Source of the DNA: Anaerolineae bacterium
GTDB lineage: Bacteria; Chloroflexota; Anaerolineae; CG2-30-64-16
Assembly (NCBI GenBank): GCA_040772005.1
Contig: JAXGYZ010000003.1
Location: forward strand, 130,131-194,130
Reading direction: 5' to 3'
DNA length: 64,000 bases
Under the pieces are notes generated by a model. The model made no database searches, had not been told where the DNA came from, and saw only the letters and a list, made by a program, of their open reading frames with translations. Below are positions 47,818-55,962 of the stretch, piece after piece. A program made the translations under genes and the position numbers. Position 1 is the first letter of the stretch, and every line of letters starts with the position of its first letter.

Positions 47818-48999
47818 ATGACCGTCTCTGCACCGATGGACCGGCCCCTGGAGAGCCCGGGCCCGACCGAAGGCCCGGCCTCCGAAGACGAGATCGCCCC
47901 CGGCGGGGAAAGCGTCTATGTCGCACCCCCGTGGAAGCTGATGTGGTGGCGTTTCCGCAAACACAAGCTGGCGATGGTCAGCGCGGTCATCCTGATCCTG
48001 TTTTACTTCAGCGCGGCCTTCTCCGAGTTCGTCGCACCCTACATTCCGGAGCAGCCCTTCATTCGCTATAAGTTCGCCCCGCCGACCCGCATCCATTTCA
48101 TCGATGCAGAGGGACGGCCCCGGGCTCCGTTCATCTACCAGACCGTGCGCGGCGTCGATCCGGTCACGGCGCAGCCCACCTATACCGAGGATACGACCAT
48201 CCGCTATCCGATCCGGTTCTTCGTGCAAGGCGAGCCATACGAGTGGCTCGGTCTGATTCCATCGAGCCTCCACCTGTTCGGCGTGCCGGATGCCGGGGAA
48301 AACCAGGGCGTCTTTCTGTTCGGTGCGGATCGGCTGGGCCGCGATATGTTCTCGCGCATCGTTTTCGGCGGACGGCTCTCGCTGTCGCTGGGCCTGGTCG
48401 GCGTCTTTCTCAGCCTGATCCTGGGCGTCGTGCTGGGCGGCGTGTCGGGCTACTTCGGCGGGTGGGTCGACACGCTGGTGCAGCGCGTCATCGAGTTCAT
48501 CCGCACTATCCCGACCATTCCGTTGTGGATGACGCTGAGCGCGGCCATGCCGGCCAACTGGCCGGTGACGCGGGTCTATTTCGGGATCACCATCATCCTG
48601 TCGCTGGTCGGCTGGACGTTCATGGCGCGCGTCGTGCGCGGGCGCTTCCTGGCGATGCGCGAGGAAGACTTCGTGCTGGCGGCCCGGCTGAACGGCGCGC
48701 GCGAGATGCGCGTCATCCTGCGCCACATGGTGCCGTCGTTCCTCAGCTACATCATTGCGTCGCTCACGCTGTCGATTCCCGGCATGATCCTGGGCGAGAC
48801 GGGCCTGAGCTTTCTCGGCCTGGGGCTGCGGCCGCCGGCCATCAGTTGGGGCGTGCTGCTGCAGGAGGCGATGAACCTGCGCTCGCTCGTGCTGGCGCCC
48901 TGGGTGCTGGCGCCCGGCCTGGCCGTTGTGATCTCCGTGCTGGCGTTCAACTTCGTCGGCGACGGCCTGCGCGATGCCGCCGATCCGTATTCTCGTTAG
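47818..48999 (+). CDS. Opp/Dpp-family ABC transporter permease (OppC/DppC-like)
   Basis: Start at ATG 47818, 1 nt after the oppB-like stop. Long N-terminal region typical of OppC, and permease signature (…VLAARLNGAREMRVILRHM…). Confidence 0.85.
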   Translation: MTVSAPMDRPLESPGPTEGPASEDEIAPGGESVYVAPPWKLMWWRFRKHKLAMVSAVILILFYFSAAFSEFVAPYIPEQPFIRYKFAPPTRIHFIDAEGRPRAPFIYQTVRGVDPVTAQPTYTEDTTIRYPIRFFVQGEPYEWLGLIPSSLHLFGVPDAGENQGVFLFGADRLGRDMFSRIVFGGRLSLSLGLVGVFLSLILGVVLGGVSGYFGGWVDTLVQRVIEFIRTIPTIPLWMTLSAAMPANWPVTRVYFGITIILSLVGWTFMARVVRGRFLAMREEDFVLAARLNGAREMRVILRHMVPSFLSYIIASLTLSIPGMILGETGLSFLGLGLRPPAISWGVLLQEAMNLRSLVLAPWVLAPGLAVVISVLAFNFVGDGLRDAADPYSR

Positions 49000-49004
49000 T
49001 GTGG

Positions 49005-49072
49005 ACAGGATTCACAGGATTGACAGGATGATGCCGCCGGTTTTGTCCTGTGCAGCCTGTCGATCCTGTCTG
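49005..49072. repeat. ACAGGATT repeat element (3 direct units followed by inverted GTCCTGT/ATCCTGTC units). Intercistronic hairpin between oppC-like and oppD-like genes
   Basis: GACAGGATTCACAGGATTGACAGGAT...GTCCTGTGCAGCCTGTCGATCCTGTC. Same motif family as 60369-60422. Confidence 0.55.
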
Positions 49073-49089
49073 AGTTAGGAGCTTGTGGT

Positions 49090-50130
49090 ATGAAGCAGGA
49101 CCAGCTGCTCGTCGAAGTCAAGGACCTGAAGACTTACTTCTTCCTGGACGAGGGCACCGTGCGCGCGCTGGACGGCGTGGATTTCAACATCTACCGCGGG
49201 CAGACCATCGGCGTGGTGGGCGAGAGCGGCTGCGGCAAGAGCGTGACCGCGCGCTCCATCCTGCGGATTGTGCCGCGGCCCGGCCGCATCGTGAGCGGCG
49301 AGATCAACTTCTACCGCCGGCCTGAGGACAGCAGCGGGCAGATCGAGGTCCTGAAGCTGCACGAACTGGACCCGCTCGGCCAGACCATGCGCAGTATCCG
49401 CGGGGCCGAGATTGCGCTCGTGCCCCAGGAGCCGATGGCCTCGCTGAGCCCGGTCTACACCATCGGCAACCAGATCTCCGAGGCCATCATGCTGCACCAG
49501 GGGGTGAACCGGGACGTCGCGCGGCAGAAGACCATCGAGATGCTGGAGCTGGCCGGCTTTCCCAAGCCCCGCGAGCGCATCGACTCGTACCCGCACCAGC
49601 TCTCCGGCGGGCTGCGCCAGCGCGCGGTCATCGCCATGGGCCTCTCCTGCCATCCCAGCCTGCTCATCGCGGACGAGCCGACGACCGCGCTGGACGTGAC
49701 GACGGAGGCGCAGATCCTCCGCCTGATGCGCAATTTGCAAGGTGAACTCGGTATGGCTATCATGTTCATCACGCACAACCTGGGTGTCGTCGCGCAGATG
49801 ACCGAGGACGTCATCGTGATGTACATGGGCAAGGTGGTCGAATCTGCCAGCGTGGATGCCATCTTCCACAACGCAAAGCACCCGTACACCCAGGCGCTCC
49901 TGCGCTCCATCCCGCGGCTGGGCCAGAAGACGCAAGGCCGCCGTGTGCTGGAGTCGATTCGCGGGACCGTCCCGGACCCCTACACCCGGCCGCAGGGGTG
50001 TGCCTTCCACCCGCGCTGCTCTATGCGCATCCCGGGTGTCTGTGATCGGGATGTGCCGCCGTGGGTCGAGGTCGAGCCGGGGCACTTTGCGCGGTGTGTG
50101 CTCTATGGGAATCCTATGAAGACGGCATAG
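49090..50130 (+). CDS. Opp/Dpp-family ABC transporter ATP-binding protein (OppD/DppD-like)
   Basis: Walker A GESGCGKSVT, signature LSGGLRQRAVIAMGL, Walker B LLIADEPTTALD, and C-terminal Cys-containing extension. Confidence 0.85.
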   Translation: MKQDQLLVEVKDLKTYFFLDEGTVRALDGVDFNIYRGQTIGVVGESGCGKSVTARSILRIVPRPGRIVSGEINFYRRPEDSSGQIEVLKLHELDPLGQTMRSIRGAEIALVPQEPMASLSPVYTIGNQISEAIMLHQGVNRDVARQKTIEMLELAGFPKPRERIDSYPHQLSGGLRQRAVIAMGLSCHPSLLIADEPTTALDVTTEAQILRLMRNLQGELGMAIMFITHNLGVVAQMTEDVIVMYMGKVVESASVDAIFHNAKHPYTQALLRSIPRLGQKTQGRRVLESIRGTVPDPYTRPQGCAFHPRCSMRIPGVCDRDVPPWVEVEPGHFARCVLYGNPMKTA

Positions 50131-50150
50131 ATGTACTGGCCTGTGAATAA

Positions 50151-51983
50151 ATGAAGATAGTCTTATTGTTTCCGCCTTACTGGACGCCGGCCATGCCCCA
50201 CCTGGCACTGCCGGCGCTTTCGTTTTACCTCCGGTCGCACGGGCACGACGTCACGCAGCGCGACCTGAACCTCGAAGTGTTCGAGACCATGCTGACGCGC
50301 GGCTACCTGCAGCAGAGCGTAGCGCGGCTTAAGCTGGGCCGCGCCCCAGCGCGGCTGAAGCCGGGGCGCAACCCGGCGCGGCAGGCCGTCGCGCCGCCGC
50401 GTGAGCGGGTGCGCTGGGCGCTCCAGCAGGGCCCGGAGCTGGCCGATCGGGTGGAGCGCGCCGTCGCGATCATGCGCAGCCCGGAGTTCCTCGACGGCGA
50501 GGCGGGCCTGCAGGCGTACCTGACCGTCGTGCAGAGCCTGGAACTCGCCTCGCTGCCTTTCTATCCGGCGAGCCTCGATCTGCTGGGCTTCCGCCAGGCC
50601 GCGGCGGCGGACAACAGCCGCGACCTGCTCCAGGCCGTGCGCGACGAGCAACACAACCCGTTCCTCGACATCTTCCGCCGCGGCATCATCCGGGATCTTG
50701 TCGCGCTGCAGCCGGGGCTGGTCGGCATCTCCATTCCGACCGAAGGGCAGATGCTCGCCGGCATGACGCTGGCCCACCTCATCAAGCAGGCCAAGCTGCC
50801 CTGTCACATCACGGTCGGCGGGCCGCACATCACCATGCTGCGCGAGCAGCTCCCCAAGGCGCCCGCGGTCTTCACGCTCATCGACAGCGCGGTGGCGTTC
50901 GAGGGGGAAGAGCCGCTGCTGCGGCTGGCCGAGGCGCTGGAGGGTGACCGTGACCTAACCCACGTCCCCAACCTGACCTGGCGCGCCGGCTCAACGATTC
51001 GCGTGAATATTGCGGATGCATCGCCAACACACGCTCCGAGGACGATCAATCTTCAATCTTCAATCTTCAATCTTCAATCGTCCCCTGCCGTGCCGGATTT
51101 CGACGGTCTCCCGCTGGGCCGCTACCTGGCACCGTATCCCGTCCTGCCCCTGCTGACCGCGCACGGCTGCTATCACGGCGACTGCGCGTTCTGCAACGTG
51201 GGCTACGGCCGTCCGGGACACTACCGGCCCATCCGCTCAGCGGAGGTCGTCGAGCAGATGCTCACGCTGCGTCGCAAGTACGGCGTCAAGCACATCTTCT
51301 TTGCGGATGAGGCCATGACCCCGCGCAACATGCGCGAGATGTCCGCGCTGCTGTCCGCGCAGGCGGCCGAAGGGAACTCGTTCCACTGGTGCGGCTGCAT
51401 GCGCTTCGAGAAGACGTTGAGCCGGGAGCTGCTGGAGAGCATGTCCGCGGCGGGCTGCCGGATGATCATGTTCGGGCTGGAGACCGCGTCCGAGCGCATG
51501 ATCGTGCACATGGATAAGGGCGTCGAGCGCGAGCACATGAGCCGCATTCTGCACGAGAGCACTGCCGCGGGCATCTGGAACCATACCTTCTTCTTCTTCG
51601 GCTTCCCGACCGAGACGATGGCGGACGCGCAGGACACGGTCAACTTCGTCTACGCGCACGGCGACGTCATCCACTCGGCCTCGCCGGGCGAGTTCGTGCT
51701 CGAACGCTACTCGCCCGTCCACCTCGACCCGCAGAAGTTCGGCGTGCGGCGCGTCAAGCCCGCGGCCGACCTTGCCATCTACTTCGACTACGAGCTGGAA
51801 TCGGGGCTGGACGAGCAGACCGCGCGCACCATCACCGAGCGGCTGCTGGACGTGCTGCCGCGCAAGCGGTACGGGCAGTATTATGCGCAGGACGCGTACC
51901 GGCTGGTGTATGCCGGGTATCTGCGCGAGCAGGGCCGGCCGCTGCCGGGATGGCTGGTGAACGAAACTGCGATTACAGATTGA
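50151..51983 (+). CDS. B12 (cobalamin)-binding radical SAM protein
   Basis: N-terminal B12-binding Rossmann-like domain (MKIVLLFPPYW...), then a radical SAM core with CxxxCxxC (CYHGDCAFC). 610 aa. Contains an in-frame nucleotide heptamer repeat in the interdomain linker. Confidence 0.8.
   Translation: MKIVLLFPPYWTPAMPHLALPALSFYLRSHGHDVTQRDLNLEVFETMLTRGYLQQSVARLKLGRAPARLKPGRNPARQAVAPPRERVRWALQQGPELADRVERAVAIMRSPEFLDGEAGLQAYLTVVQSLELASLPFYPASLDLLGFRQAAAADNSRDLLQAVRDEQHNPFLDIFRRGIIRDLVALQPGLVGISIPTEGQMLAGMTLAHLIKQAKLPCHITVGGPHITMLREQLPKAPAVFTLIDSAVAFEGEEPLLRLAEALEGDRDLTHVPNLTWRAGSTIRVNIADASPTHAPRTINLQSSIFNLQSSPAVPDFDGLPLGRYLAPYPVLPLLTAHGCYHGDCAFCNVGYGRPGHYRPIRSAEVVEQMLTLRRKYGVKHIFFADEAMTPRNMREMSALLSAQAAEGNSFHWCGCMRFEKTLSRELLESMSAAGCRMIMFGLETASERMIVHMDKGVEREHMSRILHESTAAGIWNHTFFFFGFPTETMADAQDTVNFVYAHGDVIHSASPGEFVLERYSPVHLDPQKFGVRRVKPAADLAIYFDYELESGLDEQTARTITERLLDVLPRKRYGQYYAQDAYRLVYAGYLREQGRPLPGWLVNETAITD
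51045..51079 (+). repeat. In-frame heptamer tandem repeat (CAATCTT x4.5) inside the radical SAM CDS, encoding TINLQSSIFNLQSS
   Basis: Same heptamer as the intergenic repeats at 46695-46728 and 51971-52003. Located between the B12-binding and radical SAM domains. Confidence 0.7.
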
Positions 51984-52003
51984 AGATTGAAGATTGAAGA
52001 TTT
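51971..52003. repeat. Heptamer tandem repeat (GATTGAA x3-4) overlapping the radical SAM stop codon
   Basis: GATTACAGATTGAAGATTGAAGATTGAAGATTT. The TGA stop lies within the first unit. Confidence 0.6.
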
Positions 52004-52031
52004 CGACTCAAGGCTTCCCTGAGGGAGGGTC

Positions 52032-54605
52032 ATGAACATCGCGTACCTCGACTATCCGCTCGCGGGCGGGTACATCCACAACTGGCTGGTGGCCGGGCCG
52101 GCGGCGACGGTGGTGCCGGACCTCGGCCGCTTCACCGGCGCAGACTACAAGCTCCAGATTGCCCGGCACTACCACGAGCCGGCTTCCGGCGTCACCGAGC
52201 CGCCCGCGGAGACGCAGCCATTCGCCGCAGGCGAGGCCACACTGAAGTGGAACTACGTGCGCTGCCGGGACGACCACTACGTCGACCTGTCCGTGTTCCA
52301 CCACGAGACGACCTACCTGGCCGCGTGGGCCTATGCGGAGGTCGTCAGCGCGGCGGCGCAGGGCGAAGCCCAGCTTCGCACGGTGACGTGCACCCTCACG
52401 ACGAACGGCCCGGCCGACGTGTGGCTGAATGGTGCGCACGTCCACCGGCAGGAGCACTTCTACCACCAGTTGCCGAAGCGCGTGACCTTCGAGCTGACCT
52501 TGCAGGCGGGAGCGAACACGCTCCTGGTGCGTATGGAGCAGGTCGCGGCACGCGAGTGCCCCTATGCGATGGCGCTGCAACTCGGGACGGGCGAAGGGCT
52601 GAGCGTGCGGCTGCCGACCGCGATTGCGCCCGCCGAGCGCCGGGCGCGGTTCGAGCGCGCCTTCAATGCCGCGCATCTGCGCCAGGATGTGTTCAAGGCC
52701 GATGAGCCGGTGGCCTTCTACTGGCCGGATGGCTTTGAGGACAGGCTCAAGCTGACCGTGCGCGTGCAGACGCCCGGCCGCGAGATTTTCACCGAGGGGC
52801 ACAAGACCGCGGGCCCCGGCGTGCGGGCGGAGATGGGCCCGGCCTACCGCTTCCCGGACGGCGCGTACGACCTGCTGCTGATGCCGACCCCGCGCGAGTA
52901 TTACGTCGGTGAGATGAAGGTCTCGCGCGGCCTGCGCTGCTGGACGACGCGCGGCCGCTTCTCCGAGGAGCCGTACGGCACGCTGCCGGAGCGCAGCCGC
53001 GAGGCGCTGGTGGATGCGGCGCAGCGCGACGTGAACGTCTTCTCCGAGATCGCGAAGATGGCCCTGGGCATGTGGAGCCGCGTCAGGCTGCCCGCTATCC
53101 AGGACACCATCGCACGCATCAACCGCCGTGGCGACTGCAGCGACTTCTACCTCGTCGGGCTGCTGGGCATGGCCTACCGCTATGCCGACAATCCTGAGTT
53201 TCCCACCGAGCTGCGCCAGCCGCTGCACGACTGCATCGTCAACTTCAAGTACTGGCACGACGAGCCGGGCAGCGATGCGATGTGCTACACGACCGAGAAC
53301 CACAGCATCCTGTTCCATACGTGCGAAGTGCTCGCGGGGCAGCTCTATCCCGACGAGGTCTTCACGAACAACGGCGAGACGGGCCGCCAGCACCGCGCGC
53401 GGGGCGAGGCGCGCGCGCTGGCCTGGCTGCAGGGCCGCGCGGCGCACGGCTTCGTGGAGTGGGACTCGAACTGCTACTTCGAAGAGGACACCCTGGCCCT
53501 GACGCACCTGCTGAGCCTGGCCGAGGACGACAACCTGGCCGAGATGGCGACCGTGGTGCTCGACAAGATGCTCTTCACGATGGCGGTCAACTCGTTCCGC
53601 GGCGTCTTCGGATCCACTCACGGCCGCACCTACACCCCGCACATCAAGAGCGCGTACAACGAAGCCACGTCGGGCATGAGCCGGCTGCTCTGGGGCATGG
53701 GCGTGTTCAACAGCCACATCCTCGCGACGGTCAGCCTCGCCTGCTCGGAGTACACGCTGTCGCCCCTGCTCACGCAGATTGCGACGGACCGGCCCGAGGA
53801 ACTGTGGAGCCGCGAGCGGCACACCGGCGACCCGGCCGACTGGCGCAACTCCGGCTCGCACGCGGCCGAGGTCAACAAGGTCACGTACAGGACGCCCGAC
53901 GCCATGCTCTGCTCCGCGCAGGACTGGCACGCGGGCGAGCCGGGCTACCAGCAGCACATCTGGCAGGCGACGCTGGGGCCGGAGGCCGTGGTGTTCGTCA
54001 CGCATCCCACATGCGCCAGCGAGGACGGCTCGCACCGACCGAACTTCTGGCACGGCAACGCCACGCTGCCGCGCGTCGCGCAGTGGAAGGACGTGCTGGT
54101 AGCCGTGCACCGGCTGCCCGACGATGACTGGATGGGCTTCACCCACGCCTTCTTCCCGGCCCACGCGTTTGACGAGTACCTCGTGACCCCGCGCTGGGCC
54201 TTTGCGCGGCGGGGCGACGGCTACATCGCACTGGCTGCTGCCGGGGGGCTGGAATGGATGACGGACGGCGACAACGCGTACCGCGAGCTGCGCTCGCACG
54301 CCGCACACAACGTCTGGCTCTGTCACCTGGGCCGCCGAAGCCTGGACGGCAGCTTCGAGGAGTTCCAGCAGAAGAGCCAGGCGCTGCCGGTCGAGTTCGG
54401 TGACCTGAGCGTGCGGTTGCGCAGCCTGCGGGGCGACGAGCTGGCCTTCGGCTGGGAGGGCCCGCTGCTGCTCAACGGCGTAGAGCAGCCCATCACCGGC
54501 TTCGGGCACTACGAGAGCCCGTATTGCACGATGGAGAGCGGCGCGGACCACATGGACATCCAGTACGGAGAGACCATCATGCGCCTGCAGTTCGGGGGAG
54601 AATGA
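52032..54605 (+). CDS. Large (857 aa) cytoplasmic protein of unknown function. Possibly a heparinase II/III-like (alpha/alpha-toroid plus beta-sandwich) polysaccharide lyase/hydrolase superfamily member
   Basis: Strong RBS GGGAGGG. No signal peptide. The central region is predicted helical and rich in conserved W/Y/H/N (…YWHDEPGSDAMCYTTENHSILFHTCE…). The family assignment is tentative and made from composition/architecture only. Confidence 0.4.
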   Translation: MNIAYLDYPLAGGYIHNWLVAGPAATVVPDLGRFTGADYKLQIARHYHEPASGVTEPPAETQPFAAGEATLKWNYVRCRDDHYVDLSVFHHETTYLAAWAYAEVVSAAAQGEAQLRTVTCTLTTNGPADVWLNGAHVHRQEHFYHQLPKRVTFELTLQAGANTLLVRMEQVAARECPYAMALQLGTGEGLSVRLPTAIAPAERRARFERAFNAAHLRQDVFKADEPVAFYWPDGFEDRLKLTVRVQTPGREIFTEGHKTAGPGVRAEMGPAYRFPDGAYDLLLMPTPREYYVGEMKVSRGLRCWTTRGRFSEEPYGTLPERSREALVDAAQRDVNVFSEIAKMALGMWSRVRLPAIQDTIARINRRGDCSDFYLVGLLGMAYRYADNPEFPTELRQPLHDCIVNFKYWHDEPGSDAMCYTTENHSILFHTCEVLAGQLYPDEVFTNNGETGRQHRARGEARALAWLQGRAAHGFVEWDSNCYFEEDTLALTHLLSLAEDDNLAEMATVVLDKMLFTMAVNSFRGVFGSTHGRTYTPHIKSAYNEATSGMSRLLWGMGVFNSHILATVSLACSEYTLSPLLTQIATDRPEELWSRERHTGDPADWRNSGSHAAEVNKVTYRTPDAMLCSAQDWHAGEPGYQQHIWQATLGPEAVVFVTHPTCASEDGSHRPNFWHGNATLPRVAQWKDVLVAVHRLPDDDWMGFTHAFFPAHAFDEYLVTPRWAFARRGDGYIALAAAGGLEWMTDGDNAYRELRSHAAHNVWLCHLGRRSLDGSFEEFQQKSQALPVEFGDLSVRLRSLRGDELAFGWEGPLLLNGVEQPITGFGHYESPYCTMESGADHMDIQYGETIMRLQFGGE

Positions 54606-54608
54606 CGG

Positions 54609-55730
54609 ATGCCCATCATCGAGCCTGAGTTCATGGCGCTGACCGCGGGCCTCGACGTCGAGGCGTGGTGGGCCGAGAACGAGGCCTGCCAGCGGCCCGG
54701 TACCGACAAGCCGCGCTGCCCGGCCTCCTTCTCGCCCGACGACCACTGGATCTTCGAGTTCATGGCCGTGCCGTCGACGCTGCGCTACTATCACGACACG
54801 GATTACCGCAACGCGCTGCACGCGGAGGTTAACGCGCTCACCCGCGCGCACGTGGGCCGCGCATTCTTCGATGAGGACACCTGGCGCACGACGCCGAAAC
54901 GTATCGAGAACCTGTTCGGCTGCGAGTTCGGCTATCATGAGGGCAGCACGCCCTGGCTCACGCCGGTCACGGACGACCCGGACGAGTTCGCGCGTGTCCT
55001 CGACCGCGCAGAGGCGACCGACCTGCGGACGTGGAGCCTGCCCGAGGACTACCTGGCGGAATGGGATGAGCGCAAGGCCGCGGGCAAGCTGCTGCCCAAG
55101 CTCGGCACGGGGAGCCGCGGGCCGGCGACCATCATGACCTCGGTGCTTAAGCCGGAGACGGTGTTCTACTGGCTCTACGACCACCCGGACCTGATGCGGC
55201 GGTTCCGCGACGTGCTGGCCGTCAAGATGGTGGCGTTCAATCGCATCCTGCGCGAGTTCAGCGGGAACGACGAGCCCGGTTGGTGGATCACGGACGACAA
55301 CTGCGCACTGTTCAATCGGCGGCTGTACCGGGAGTACTGCTACCCGGTGCTGGAGCAGGTGCTGGCCGCGCTTGCGCCTGGCGATGCGCGACGCTACCAG
55401 CACTCGGACAGCGCGATGGGCCACCTGCTGGAATTGCAGTATGCGCTCGGCATCCGCGACGTCAACTACGGGCCGACGGTCGACGCCGCGCTCATCCGCG
55501 AGCGGATGCCCGACGCGATCATCAACGGGCAGATGCCGCCCATGCTGCTGCGCAACGGCAGCCCCGAGGCAATCCGGGCGCGCGTCGTGGAGGACTTCGC
55601 CAAGGCGGGCGGCACGGGGCTGCTCAACGTGACGACGGCCGGCTCGCTGGCCGCGGGCACGGGTCTCGGCCGGATGCGCTGGTTCATGCAGACGGTGCAG
55701 GAGTGCTGCCGGTACGACGTGACAGGGTGA
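54609..55730 (+). CDS. Uroporphyrinogen decarboxylase (URO-D)/MtaA-like family protein
   Basis: 373 aa. TIM-barrel-like URO-D family resemblance. Paralogous in its C-terminal half to the protein at 61879-63018 (…GDITLAEMVERVEP / …DVNYGPTVDAALIRERMP…). Start is 3 nt after the previous stop. Confidence 0.45.
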   Translation: MPIIEPEFMALTAGLDVEAWWAENEACQRPGTDKPRCPASFSPDDHWIFEFMAVPSTLRYYHDTDYRNALHAEVNALTRAHVGRAFFDEDTWRTTPKRIENLFGCEFGYHEGSTPWLTPVTDDPDEFARVLDRAEATDLRTWSLPEDYLAEWDERKAAGKLLPKLGTGSRGPATIMTSVLKPETVFYWLYDHPDLMRRFRDVLAVKMVAFNRILREFSGNDEPGWWITDDNCALFNRRLYREYCYPVLEQVLAALAPGDARRYQHSDSAMGHLLELQYALGIRDVNYGPTVDAALIRERMPDAIINGQMPPMLLRNGSPEAIRARVVEDFAKAGGTGLLNVTTAGSLAAGTGLGRMRWFMQTVQECCRYDVTG

Positions 55731-55764
55731 CAAGGTGACAGGGTGAACAGGTGAACAGGTGATG
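55719..55764. repeat. Octamer tandem repeat (GTGACAGG/GTGAACAG x5) overlapping the end of the URO-D-like CDS
   Basis: GTGACAGGGTGACAAGGTGACAGGGTGAACAGGTGAACAGGTGATG. Confidence 0.5.
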
Positions 55765-55766
55765 TT

Positions 55767-55789
55767 GGAGTCAAGGCTTTAGCCGGTTT
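55767..55789. repeat. Partial copy (left arm only) of long-hairpin repeat family 2
   Basis: GGAGTCAAGGCTTTAGCCGGTTT matches the left arm of 36234-36303 and 60474-60561. There is no matching right arm. Confidence 0.45.
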
Positions 55790-55839
55790 GGTCGCGTATG
55801 TGCTCAGTTTACCTGATAATAGTTGTAGGGGCGAGGTCA

Positions 55840-55930
55840 CCTCGCCCAAGGCGGAGTGGTGAACGGGCGACATAGCGATCACGGTATTCGCGTATTCGGG
55901 GTCGCCATTCGATTATTCGCGATGGCCGCG
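55840..55930. repeat. Degenerate relative of the MITE/ATTCG-rich repeat family upstream of the GH4 gene
   Basis: ...CGGTATTCGCGTATTCGGGGTCGCCATTCGATTATTCGCGATGGCCGCGGCCCCCTAC shares the ATTCGCGTATTCG and ATTCG(N)TTAT(T)CGCGATGGCCGCG(N)CCCCC blocks with the 173-bp MITE. Confidence 0.45.
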
Positions 55931-55962
55931 GCCCCCTACAGAACATCAAGGGAGGCATTGCA

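Noticed and set aside
43514-50130. Annotating the Opp/Dpp-type transporter as an oligopeptide importer
   Set aside because: Its position inside a pectin locus, between the sugar-sensing hybrid kinase and carbohydrate-active enzymes, makes an oligosaccharide substrate more plausible. Substrate left unassigned.
46695-52003. CRISPR array hypothesis for the tandem repeats (GATTGAA, ACAGGATT, GTGACAGG)
   Set aside because: Units are only 7-8 bp and directly abutting, with no spacers. No cas genes are in the window, so these are simple tandem/short inverted repeats, not CRISPRs.
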